A stretch of 64,000 nucleotides of DNA. Origin: Pseudomonadota bacterium (GTDB lineage Bacteria > Pseudomonadota > Gammaproteobacteria > Steroidobacterales > JBCBZW01). A program made the translations under genes and the position numbers. The notes under the pieces are model-generated. The model was not told the origin of the DNA. It worked only from the letters and a program-made list of their open reading frames with translations, and ran no database searches. The stretch is from positions 1,192 through 65,191 of the forward strand of contig JBCBZW010000007.1 of assembly GCA_039815145.1 (NCBI GenBank), written 5' to 3'. Positions 33,197 to 41,724 of this stretch are shown here, piece after piece; within the stretch, counting starts at the first letter, position 1, and the number at the start of each line of letters is the position of its first letter.

Positions 33197-34264
33197 ATGA
33201 GTGACGGCTCACCCCCTTCGCCCCCTCACCACGAGCAGGATGACCCAGCGGCTGGGCACGACGAGGCGGCACCGAGCGGTGGTGAAGAGCGTCGTGGCTA
33301 CGGCATCGGCACCGTCTCACGGTTGACCGGTATCTCCACCCACACGCTCCGTGTTTGGGAGCGTCGCTACGGCGCGGTCGACGCGGAACGCTCCGACAGC
33401 GGTCGTCGTCTCTACTCGCGGCCGGACATCGAACGCCTCACCGTCATGAAGCACCTGGTGGACCGGGGCGAACCCATCGGCCACGTCGCCCGCCTCAGCC
33501 ACACGGAGCTGCAGGAGCGCCTCGCCGCCTACGAACAGCACGTGGCCAAGCGCGAGCAGCTCTCCAGCGCGCCCACGCGCACCGCCCTCATGGGCGAGAC
33601 CTTCCGCCTGATGGGCCTATCGGATCTGATGGGTTTGAACGTGGTGAGTCGGGAGGCCGACCTCGGTGCCTTCCGAGCCGATGTGAAGCGCCTGCGCCCC
33701 GAGGCGCTGGTGATCGAGCAGCCGACCATCGACCAGGACACGAAGGTACTGATCAGCGATCTGCGTCGCCTCTCCGGGGCCACTCGCGTGGTGCTGGTGT
33801 ACAACTTCGCGCGCACTAACGATTTGCAGGCCTTGAACGACGAGTGGACCGTGCTGATGCGGGCGCCGGTTACCGGTGCAGATCTCGCGCGCGCACTGCG
33901 CGATGTGGGGGGCGCGCCGTCGTCCCCGCGACCCGGTGCTCCGGCAGCGCCTGCTTCCCCGCATTACCCGGGCGAGCAGTCCGGCGAGATTCCGGCACGG
34001 CTCTACACGCGCGAGCAGCTCTCGCGCATGGCCACTCAGTCCACGACGGTGGAATGTGAGTGCCCTAAGCACCTGGTGGATCTGGTCGTCAGTCTGACGG
34101 CCTTCGAGTCCTACAGCGCGAGTTGCGAGAGCCGCAACCCCGCTGACGCCGCGCTTCATGCCTACCTGCATGAAACCACCGCACGTTCGCGGGAGATGAT
34201 CGAACAGGCCCTGCAGCGGGTGGTGATCGCCGAGGGCATCGACGTGGATGGCGACGCCTCCTAG
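33197..34264 (+). CDS. MerR-family regulator with atypical middle and Cys-containing C-terminal domains
   Basis: HTH 'YGIGTVSRLTGISTHTLRVWERRYGAVDAERSDSGRRLYSRPDIERL'. Then an alpha/beta-looking module, a Pro-rich linker and 'TTVECECPKHLVDLVVSLTAFESYSASCE'. Confidence 0.8.
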   Translation: MSDGSPPSPPHHEQDDPAAGHDEAAPSGGEERRGYGIGTVSRLTGISTHTLRVWERRYGAVDAERSDSGRRLYSRPDIERLTVMKHLVDRGEPIGHVARLSHTELQERLAAYEQHVAKREQLSSAPTRTALMGETFRLMGLSDLMGLNVVSREADLGAFRADVKRLRPEALVIEQPTIDQDTKVLISDLRRLSGATRVVLVYNFARTNDLQALNDEWTVLMRAPVTGADLARALRDVGGAPSSPRPGAPAAPASPHYPGEQSGEIPARLYTREQLSRMATQSTTVECECPKHLVDLVVSLTAFESYSASCESRNPADAALHAYLHETTARSREMIEQALQRVVIAEGIDVDGDAS

Positions 34265-34306
34265 GGGAGGATGTTGTTGTGGTTCGGGGCGCCGCTCGCG
34301 GGGGGC

Positions 34307-34393
34307 TCAGTAGGGCGTCGAGAACGTCGCGAAGATCGCGAGGACGCTGGCGCCGATCAGCCACAGGGTGCTTAGAATCTTGCCGCCTTGCAT
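34307..34393 (-). CDS. Candidate 28-aa hydrophobic small protein (not in ORF track)
   Basis: AGAAGGACCACACC-ATG; translation MQGGKILSTLWLIGASVLAIFATFSTPY*. One predicted TM helix. Lies 107 nt downstream of the fliK stop on the same strand. Confidence 0.35.
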   Translation of the reverse strand: MQGGKILSTLWLIGASVLAIFATFSTPY

Positions 34394-34500
34394 GGTGTGG
34401 TCCTTCTAGTTGTTAGGGGTGACCGGGCGCTAACAGCGCTGACATCCCTACAAGCGGCGACACCGCGCCCACTCCCTCACAAAAGTTCACTTTCCCGGCC

Positions 34501-35823
34501 TCAGGCGTAGAGGTCCAACTGACCTATGCTCGTGCGCCGAGTCGACACGCTGTCTACGGACAGGTCAGCGGTCTGAACGGCCGCGCCGTCCGCGCCTGTG
34601 ATCGGCGCTGAACGTTGGGCGCTAGCGCCATCATCGTGTTGAGCAGCCTGCTCGCCGCCACTGTGCTGACCGACGTTCGCATCCGCCAGCTGCAGCCCAC
34701 TCTGCGCCATCATTTCCCGCAGCCGTGGCAGGGCCTGTTCCACCGCTTCGCGGGTGGCGGCGTGTTGAGCGCCGAAGGTCGCACTCACCTCATCACCGCG
34801 CACGTTGAGCGTGATCTCGAGCGGTCCGAGTTCCGCGGGGTTCAAGCGCAGCTCAGCGCGGCCGATGCGAGCATCGGTGAGCCATTGGAGTCGTCCGCCC
34901 AACTCCTGCTGCCAGGCTTGGCTGCCAAGGGGCTGGGAGAGCTCGAAGCTCGTGGGGTTGCTGGAGGCGGTAGCGGTAGGCTCGACGGTGAACACGGTGG
35001 TGGGTGCGAGCGCTGCATTGATGGCGTTGGCGCCGGTCGCCGGTGCGGTCACCGTGGTGGCGCTGCCGCCTTGAGCACCCAGGGCCGGGGTGATGCCAAA
35101 GCCCTCCGGGCCGGTCCCCGAAAGGAGGCTCGATGAGAAGGCTGACCGTTCACCGAGCATCGGCCGTAGGCCATCGAAAAGCGCAGGTGCGCGCTCACCC
35201 TGACGCGCCGCCAGCGCCCCCGGGTCGCTCGAGCGTTGATCCCAGGCGCTGGTGCGACGGCCACCGTTCAAGACGTCGCTGCGCATGTTGCCAGGGGCTG
35301 CGTCGCCGCGAAGCTCACCCGCGCTGCGCAGCACCGCGCTACCGGTGCCAGGTGCCGCTGCGGCAGGTGCCGCCGGCGTGGCGATCCCCTGCACCGTGCC
35401 CACCACTGGGGACGGCGCGGTGGAGCGGTTAGCATCGCCGGGTACCGGCGAGGGTGCCGTCGCCGGCGTGGCTAGCGAATCCGTCTGCAATGCAACGTCA
35501 TTGGGGAGGATGTTTGCCGCCACGGCCGGCAAGCCTTGGCCGCCTTGCCCTATCGTTTCTTCGGACGCGAGCAGGGGCTCGCTCCGGGAGGTGGTGGCCT
35601 CGTCGGCGTCGTAGGCGCTTGATTCCTGACCCTGACCCGATGGCGGTTGTTCGCCCGTCCGGTCGCCTTCACTCGGCGTTTGTTGGCGTTCCTGCGCGAC
35701 CAGGTCACGGAACGAGGTGTTCTCGCCGGTGTCTGCCTCGGCCAGGGCCGGGTTGTCGGAGGTTTGCGGGCCGGAGAGTTTCGCCGGTGCGGCATTGAGC
35801 GGAGCGAGGATCGATGGAGTCAC
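34501..35823 (-). CDS. fliK: Flagellar hook-length control protein FliK
   Basis: Low-complexity Pro/Ala/Ser/Thr N-terminal region. C-terminal Flg_hook domain 'GRAELRLNPAELGPLEITLNVRGDEVSATFGAQHAATREAVEQALPRLREMM'. GTG start. Confidence 0.85.
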   Translation of the reverse strand: MTPSILAPLNAAPAKLSGPQTSDNPALAEADTGENTSFRDLVAQERQQTPSEGDRTGEQPPSGQGQESSAYDADEATTSRSEPLLASEETIGQGGQGLPAVAANILPNDVALQTDSLATPATAPSPVPGDANRSTAPSPVVGTVQGIATPAAPAAAAPGTGSAVLRSAGELRGDAAPGNMRSDVLNGGRRTSAWDQRSSDPGALAARQGERAPALFDGLRPMLGERSAFSSSLLSGTGPEGFGITPALGAQGGSATTVTAPATGANAINAALAPTTVFTVEPTATASSNPTSFELSQPLGSQAWQQELGGRLQWLTDARIGRAELRLNPAELGPLEITLNVRGDEVSATFGAQHAATREAVEQALPRLREMMAQSGLQLADANVGQHSGGEQAAQHDDGASAQRSAPITGADGAAVQTADLSVDSVSTRRTSIGQLDLYA

Positions 35824-35860
35824 GTGTCGGTTCCGTTGCGGCAGTATCCTCGCAATGGAA

Positions 35861-35875
35861 GCAAGTGCCGTGCCA
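35861..35875 (-). promoter_or_regulatory. Sigma54 (-24/-12) promoter upstream of fliK
   Basis: The minus strand reads TGGCACGGCACTTGC. It lies 3 nt after the fliJ stop codon and ~38 nt before the fliK start. Confidence 0.6.
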
Positions 35876-35878
35876 AGC

Positions 35879-36328
35879 TCAGGGCGAGGTCTTGCGTGCC
35901 GCGGCCATGCAAGCCAACTCGTCCAGTAGCTGTTGTTCGCGGGTCTCGTCTCGGCGCCTTATGAGGTCCTGTGCGCGATCCATCACGAGTTGCAGGCTAT
36001 CGGCGCGAGTGGTCGCCGCGCGCAGGGCTTGGCGCAGCTCGTTGGCCGCGCTGCGGGTTTGGGCGAGTTCTGTGCGTTGCTGTTCGATGGCCTGGTCCAG
36101 GCGTTCGAGAAAACACTCGAAATCGCGCAGGGCGGCCATCGAGCGGGCACCGACCTGTGCGCGGATCGGCCCCTGGTCGTAGCCGTCCCGAAAGGTCCGC
36201 AGTTGCGTGAGCATCTGCGTGCGCGACTGCACCTCGCGTTGCGCCTTGGCGAGGGCCTTCTCGGCCTGCAACTGTTGATGCTTGGCGAGGTCGGCGACGG
36301 GCGCCAGCCGCTGCGTTGATCGTGCCAT
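35879..36328 (-). CDS. fliJ: Flagellar export chaperone/stalk protein FliJ
   Basis: 149-aa coiled-coil protein in the fliI-fliJ-fliK position. 'LAPVADLAKHQQLQAEKALAKAQREVQ' is a typical FliJ start. Confidence 0.8.
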   Translation of the reverse strand: MARSTQRLAPVADLAKHQQLQAEKALAKAQREVQSRTQMLTQLRTFRDGYDQGPIRAQVGARSMAALRDFECFLERLDQAIEQQRTELAQTRSAANELRQALRAATTRADSLQLVMDRAQDLIRRRDETREQQLLDELACMAAARKTSP

Positions 36329-36350
36329 CTAGTGTTCTGTCAGCGGGAGC

Positions 36351-37799
36351 TTAGGCGCTGCGCGCCGCACTGACGGCGCGTAGGGCCGGGGCGCCACCGC
36401 CACCCCCAGCGTCAGCATCATTCGCCTGGGCCGGGACGGGAGCGGGTGCTGGGGTGGCAGGCGCGCTATCGAGGGCGCCCATCAACGCGGCCAGATCCGC
36501 TTTGGCCGTGTCGAAGTCGACCGGCTCGTTGAGTTCCTGGCTGAGGAAGCGTCGCATGTGGGGCCAGGCCGCGATGGCCTTGTCGAGCTCTGGGTCGGTG
36601 CCAGGGGCGTAGGCGCCGACGCGCACGAGGTCTTCGTTGCGCCGGTAGATGGCATAGAGTTCGCGGAAGCGGCGCACGAGGCGCTGCTGGTCCGCGTCCG
36701 TGATGTCGCTCATGCAGCGACTGATCGAGGACTCGATATCGATCGCGGGGTATAGGCCCGTGTCGGCGAGTTCGCGACTCAAGACGATATGGCCGTCGAG
36801 AATCGCCCGCGCACTGTCGACGATCGGATCGTTGTGATCATCACCTTCCGCCAGCACCGTGTAGATCGCCGTGAGTGAGCCGTCCGGGTGGGTGCCGTTG
36901 CCGCTGCGCTCCACCAGCTGGGGCAGACGGGCGAAGACCGACGGTGGATAGCCCTTGGTGGCAGGCGGTTCGCCCACCGCCAGGGCGATCTCGCGCTGGG
37001 CCTGGGCAAACCGGGTGAGCGAGTCCATCAGCAGCAGCACTCGCTTGCCCTGGTCGCGGAAGTGCTCGGCGATGGTGGTGGCGAGCCACGCGCCGTGCAT
37101 GCGCATGAGGGGGGAATGGTCGGCCGGCGTGGCGATCACCACCGCCCTTGCCAGGGCTTGCTCGCCGAGGATGTCCTCGACGAACTCGCGCACCTCACGA
37201 CCGCGTTCGCCGATGAGTCCGACCACGATGACATCCGCCGAGGTAAAGCGCGTCATCATGCCGAGGAGGCGACTCTTGCCCACGCCGCTGCCGGCGAACA
37301 GGCCAATGCGCTGGCCCCGCCCGATGGTGAGCAAGGCGTTGATCGACCGCACCCCGACACAGAGGGGTTCACGGATCGGCTGTCGCTCCAGGGGGTTGAT
37401 CGGTTCGCTGCGCGCGGCCCGGGTCTGCTTGGCGTTGATCGGTCCCAGGTCGTCGAGGGGGCGTCCAGCCCCGTCCAGGACACGGCCGAGGAGCTGCTCG
37501 CCAACGGCGATGCGGTAGGCCTCGGGCAACGGGATGACCCGCGCACCTGGGCCGATCCCGTGCACGTCGCCCGTAGGCATGAGGTAGAGACTCTCGCGCG
37601 CAAACCCCACGACCTCCGCCTGGATCTGCGCCCCGCTCGGGGCCACGATGCTGCAGCGACCGCCGACCTCGGCTTGGCAGCCGGACGCTTCCAGGGTGAG
37701 TCCCACCATGCGGTAGAGCACCCCTTCCACCACCGGCGCCGGGGTCTCATCGACCCGTTGCCGCGCTTCGCGCAGGGTGCGCATCAGCGCCCTCGACAT
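36351..37799 (-). CDS. fliI: Flagellum-specific ATPase FliI
   Basis: Start re-set to ATG 37799 (MSRALMRTL...). Walker A 'GLFAGSGVGKSRLLG', Walker B 'VLLLMDSLTRFA'. The upstream ORF extension is Arg-rich shadow sequence overlapping fliH. Confidence 0.95.
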   Translation of the reverse strand: MSRALMRTLREARQRVDETPAPVVEGVLYRMVGLTLEASGCQAEVGGRCSIVAPSGAQIQAEVVGFARESLYLMPTGDVHGIGPGARVIPLPEAYRIAVGEQLLGRVLDGAGRPLDDLGPINAKQTRAARSEPINPLERQPIREPLCVGVRSINALLTIGRGQRIGLFAGSGVGKSRLLGMMTRFTSADVIVVGLIGERGREVREFVEDILGEQALARAVVIATPADHSPLMRMHGAWLATTIAEHFRDQGKRVLLLMDSLTRFAQAQREIALAVGEPPATKGYPPSVFARLPQLVERSGNGTHPDGSLTAIYTVLAEGDDHNDPIVDSARAILDGHIVLSRELADTGLYPAIDIESSISRCMSDITDADQQRLVRRFRELYAIYRRNEDLVRVGAYAPGTDPELDKAIAAWPHMRRFLSQELNEPVDFDTAKADLAALMGALDSAPATPAPAPVPAQANDADAGGGGGAPALRAVSAARSA

Positions 37800-37837
37800 G
37801 CTGGGAGGCTTAGGAAGCGTGTTAGGGGGGAGTTTCT

Positions 37838-38545
37838 TCACGTAGCCGTGGTGGAGCCTTCGGCGCGCTCCTTGCGTGCGGCTTCCTCGTTGCGCTGCTC
37901 GCCGAAGACCCGGCTCACCAGCGCTCCAATGCGCGAGTCCAAGGTGGCGTCGATCAAGGAGTCGTCGCTCGTCACGCGGCAGCCGCCGCGAGCGATCAGC
38001 GGGTCTTCGACGATGGTCCACCGCTTCGTGCCCTGCTGGCGATCCTGCAGGCGATCGCGGATGAGGGCTGCGTCTTCCGGGTGCAGCTCCACGCGCACTT
38101 CCCGGTTAGCGATCGGTAACTGGCCGAGCGCGTCGCGCACCGTGCCGACGATCTCATCGGGGGAAGTCTTGAGTTCACGACGGATGATCTGCCGAGCCAT
38201 CGCCACCACCAGCGCGAGAATTTCCTTCTCCACCGAGGCCGTGACCTCTGCCAGCGGTTGACCCAGAGCATCGAGGAACGCCTCCAACCGCAGTGCTTCG
38301 CGGCGGTGCGCGGCGAGCAGGTCCTTGCGCACCTCGCGGGCCCCCTCCTCACGACCTTCCTGCAGACCTTGGGCGAAGGCCTCGTCATGGGCCTGCTTCT
38401 GGAGCGCTTCGAGTTCTCGCGCGGTTGGCAGGTGAGCGATCGCCGACGCCGCGATTGCCTCACTCACGGGTGGCGCCTGCCAGGGCACCGCCTCGTTGCT
38501 CTGCTCGGGGCTGAGCTTCTTCGCTGCCTTGCTAGACAAAGTCAT
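37838..38545 (-). CDS. fliH: Flagellar assembly protein FliH
   Basis: 235 aa, in the fliG-fliH-fliI position. The central Glu/Ala/Arg-rich helix and C-terminal 'GGCRVTSDDSLIDATLDSRI' are typical. Confidence 0.85.
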   Translation of the reverse strand: MTLSSKAAKKLSPEQSNEAVPWQAPPVSEAIAASAIAHLPTARELEALQKQAHDEAFAQGLQEGREEGAREVRKDLLAAHRREALRLEAFLDALGQPLAEVTASVEKEILALVVAMARQIIRRELKTSPDEIVGTVRDALGQLPIANREVRVELHPEDAALIRDRLQDRQQGTKRWTIVEDPLIARGGCRVTSDDSLIDATLDSRIGALVSRVFGEQRNEEAARKERAEGSTTAT

Positions 38546-39524
38546 CGCCTCCGGAGCCGATCAGGATCTGCCCTTCATCGGCAAGTCGCTTGGCGACGTC
38601 GAGGATCGCCTTCTGCGCTTCCTCCACCTCCGTGATGCGCACGGGACCTTGGGTGGAGAGGTCGTCGCGCAGCATGTCGCCGGCGCGCTTGGACATGTTG
38701 TCGAAGATGAGGTCCTGAATCTCCTGATCCGCGCCCTTGAGGGCGATGATCAACTGTTCATTGGTGACTTCACGCAGCAGCGTTTGCATGCCACGGCCCT
38801 GGATGCGCAGGAGGGTTTCGAAGGAGAACATCTGCTCTTCCACCTCGCTCGCCATGTCGTCGTCGGCTTCGCGCAGGTACTCGATGATCTCCGTGCTGAC
38901 GTCGGCGCCGAGCACGTTCAGGATGTTGGCGGCGACCTTGACCCCGGCCACACTGGCCTTCAGATCGTGCTTCTGTTCGCTGCTGCGCGCGTTGACGATG
39001 GTCTCGAGCTCGTTGAGCACGGACTCACCGACCTCTTCGAGCGTGGCGATGCGCAAGATGACTTCCTTGCGCAACTCCGTGGGCATGTCGCTCATGATCT
39101 CGGTGGCCTGGGCCTGATCGAGGTGAGCGAGGACGATCGCCATGATCTGCGGATGCTCCTCCAGGATCATCTCGCGGATCTCGCGCGTGTCCATCCAACG
39201 CAGGGCGTCGAGGCCACGGCTCTGGCCCTCGTCGAGCACCCGGTTGACCAGGCCGCGGGCGTTGGACTCGCCCACCGCCTCGGTGATCAGGCGCGTGATG
39301 TACTCGCGTGTGCTGGGCGCGATACGCGCCTGGCGATCGACCTCGTCGGAGAAGGCCTCGACCACCGTGCCGAGGTTGGTCCGCGACACCTGCTCCATGC
39401 GCGCCATGGCGGAGGCGATCTTCTCCACCGCCGCCGGCGCCATCTTGCGAAGGATCGCAGCTGCATCTCGCTCCTCGAGCGACATCAGCAGGATTGCGGC
39501 CCTTTCGCTACCGTCGAGTTCCAT
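38532..39524 (-). CDS. fliG: Flagellar motor switch protein FliG
   Basis: 330 aa. 'GSERAAILLMSLEERDAAAILRKM', 'MFSFETLLRI', and the C-terminal torque helix 'RAGDMLRDDL'. Confidence 0.95.
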   Translation of the reverse strand: MELDGSERAAILLMSLEERDAAAILRKMAPAAVEKIASAMARMEQVSRTNLGTVVEAFSDEVDRQARIAPSTREYITRLITEAVGESNARGLVNRVLDEGQSRGLDALRWMDTREIREMILEEHPQIMAIVLAHLDQAQATEIMSDMPTELRKEVILRIATLEEVGESVLNELETIVNARSSEQKHDLKASVAGVKVAANILNVLGADVSTEIIEYLREADDDMASEVEEQMFSFETLLRIQGRGMQTLLREVTNEQLIIALKGADQEIQDLIFDNMSKRAGDMLRDDLSTQGPVRITEVEEAQKAILDVAKRLADEGQILIGSGGDDFV

Positions 39525-39533
39525 ACGCTGAAC

Positions 39534-41210
39534 TTATCCCTCGACCCATGCTTCGACGATCTTCGCCGTGCGGTCGGGGTGCTTCTGCGCGAAGTCACGC
39601 GCCTCGGTGATCTGCGCCTGGTGGTCGATCCGTGCGGGCGCCGCAGCCTCATCCACATCGGCGCCTTCTGCGCCGATCGCCGCTTGGCCGTAGGCGCCCG
39701 CGGCGGCCACAGCAACCTGAGGCGGTGCCGTCATGAGCTTGGTGATCATCGGGCGGATCGTGGTGAAGAAGAGGGCCACCACGAACAGGGCGCCGAGCGC
39801 CTGGCGGGCGAGGTCGATGATCAGCGGTGACTGCCACCACGGGGCGGGGATCGGCTCCTCGTAGGTCATGGGCTTGAAGGGGAGCTCCTTGATCGTCAGC
39901 GAATCACCGCGCGCTTCGTCGAAGGTGACGGCGTCGCGAATGAGCGCTTCGATGCTGGCGATCTCTTCGGGGCTGAAGCGGGCTTGGCTGACCGGGGCCG
40001 CCGCGGCAGCGTCGTCGCCGGCGTCTGCGGGCGCATCGCTCGCGGTGTTTTCACTCTCGGGAGCTGGGCGTGGGGTAAGTTGGTCGAGCATGACCGAGAT
40101 CGTCAGGCGCTTGAGTGTACCGATCGGTTGCCTGATCACCTCGTAGATCTCGCCCGGCTCGCGGTTGGTGGTCACGCTGCGTGAGGCGAGGCCGCGCCCC
40201 GCGTTGGCGGCGGCCGTCGCATCGGCGCCATCGCCACCGTTTCCATCCGCCTCCACTTCGTTGTTGGTGGGGATCGGGGAATTGGTGAGTCCGCCGGGCA
40301 CGCCTGTCGGTTGCGGTTGACCGTTAGGTGACTCGGTGAACTGCTCTCGGGTACCGATCACCACAGCTTCTGTGGGGCGACGCTCCGTGCGGTCGATCTG
40401 CGTGAAGTCGATTTCCGAGGAGACGGTGACCGTGTAGTGTTCAGCGCCCAGCGTGCGACTGAGCATCTCGCGAATGTGGTCTTCCTTCTCGCTCTCGAGT
40501 GCGCGCTGGAACCGCGTCTGCTTGTTACTCATGTCCATCGCGGCGTCGCCGTTGACCTGGTCCGAGATCATGCGTCCGTTGGCCACCACGGTGACGTTCT
40601 CGGGCATGAGCAGGGGCACTGCATTGGCCACCAGATGCACGATGGAGCGCGCCAGCTCACGGTCGGCTTGGCGGTCCGGTGAAAGACCCACCGTGATGGC
40701 GGCCGTGGTGTCCATACGCGGGCGAACGAACACGCTCTTGTCAGGGGAGGAGATGTGCACCACCGCGTTGTTGACGCCGTAGAGGTTGTTGAGCGTGCGC
40801 GCCAGCTCCACTTCCAGGTGGCAGTTCAGGGCCTGCTCCTCAACGCTGAGCGATTGACTCATGGAGCCGCTGCCGGGGATCGCGCTGCAATCGCGATGAT
40901 CGCCGGAGAGCACCAATCCCTCCACCAGCATGTTCTTAGCGCGAGCGTAGTCGTCGACCGGCACCGTGAGCCGATCGCCCTCGTCGGCGACGTCGATGCC
41001 AGCGGCCTTCAGCATCTGCTGGGCTTCGCCCATGTTAGGCATCGGTGGTAGGGCCGTGTGCATGGGGCGCTGCATCCACAGCACGGCGGTGACGCCGAGG
41101 GCGACGCTGGCGGCCATCGCCAGCAGCATGATCGCCTGGCGCAGGCCGGGAACGCTGTCGATCCCTTGAAGGAGCTGAGGCAGCTGGTTGTCGTCGGGCT
41201 TGCTCGCCAT
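39534..41210 (-). CDS. fliF: Flagellar MS-ring protein FliF
   Basis: 558 aa. N-terminal TM 'AIMLLAMAASVALGVTAVLW', YscJ/FliF ring-building motifs, C-terminal TM, and a FliG-binding tail. Confidence 0.95.
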   Translation of the reverse strand: MASKPDDNQLPQLLQGIDSVPGLRQAIMLLAMAASVALGVTAVLWMQRPMHTALPPMPNMGEAQQMLKAAGIDVADEGDRLTVPVDDYARAKNMLVEGLVLSGDHRDCSAIPGSGSMSQSLSVEEQALNCHLEVELARTLNNLYGVNNAVVHISSPDKSVFVRPRMDTTAAITVGLSPDRQADRELARSIVHLVANAVPLLMPENVTVVANGRMISDQVNGDAAMDMSNKQTRFQRALESEKEDHIREMLSRTLGAEHYTVTVSSEIDFTQIDRTERRPTEAVVIGTREQFTESPNGQPQPTGVPGGLTNSPIPTNNEVEADGNGGDGADATAAANAGRGLASRSVTTNREPGEIYEVIRQPIGTLKRLTISVMLDQLTPRPAPESENTASDAPADAGDDAAAAAPVSQARFSPEEIASIEALIRDAVTFDEARGDSLTIKELPFKPMTYEEPIPAPWWQSPLIIDLARQALGALFVVALFFTTIRPMITKLMTAPPQVAVAAAGAYGQAAIGAEGADVDEAAAPARIDHQAQITEARDFAQKHPDRTAKIVEAWVEG

Positions 41211-41300
41211 GGTGTCCTACTGGTGAGGCCGTCGGGCGAGAGAGACGCCCGGGCGGCAGTGTGATCGAGGCATGAACCTAGGGAAATTCATCGCATCCGA

Positions 41301-41642
41301 TTAGAGCGGCATGTTCATGATTTCCTGGTAGGCGTCGACGAGCTTGTTGCGTACCTCGGTCATGGCTTTGAAGGAGATGTCCGCCTTCTGCAGGGCCACC
41401 ATCACCTCGCCGAGTTCCATCTGGGGATCGCCCATCTCGAAGCGCTCCACCATATTGCCCGCCCCCATCTGGGTCGAGTTGACGGCGTCGATGGAGGCCT
41501 TGAGCATGGCGCCGAAGTCGACGGCGCCGGCGGCGCCTGGCACCTCGCCGTTCAGGCCCTGCGCTTGCGGCGCCACAGCGGCGCCGGCGCGGGCGGTCAG
41601 GGCCTGCATCTGGGTCATCAGTTCGTTGATTCGAGTATCCAT
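41301..41642 (-). CDS. fliE: Flagellar hook-basal body protein FliE
   Basis: 113 aa. C-terminal 'EVMVALQKADISFKAMTEVRNKLVDAYQEIMNM' is the FliE signature. Confidence 0.9.
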   Translation of the reverse strand: MDTRINELMTQMQALTARAGAAVAPQAQGLNGEVPGAAGAVDFGAMLKASIDAVNSTQMGAGNMVERFEMGDPQMELGEVMVALQKADISFKAMTEVRNKLVDAYQEIMNMPL

Positions 41643-41709
41643 CGGGACCTTCGTCTCTCGGTTGATTTGGGTCAGGCCGCGCTCGCGTGCGCGGTGGCCT
41701 GCTTATCTA

Positions 41710-41724
41710 GCAAGCTATGTGCCA
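41710..41724 (-). promoter_or_regulatory. Sigma54 (-24/-12) promoter of fliE(-fliFGHIJ)
   Basis: The minus strand reads TGGCACATAGCTTGC. The -24 box lies in the last fleR codons, and the fleR TAG stop (41715-41717) sits between the two boxes. Confidence 0.6.

Noticed and set aside
36888-39830. Long plus-strand ORFs 36888..38261 (457 aa) and 38496..39830 (444 aa)
   Set aside because: Antisense to fliI/fliH and to fliG/fliF. No motifs, so shadow ORFs.
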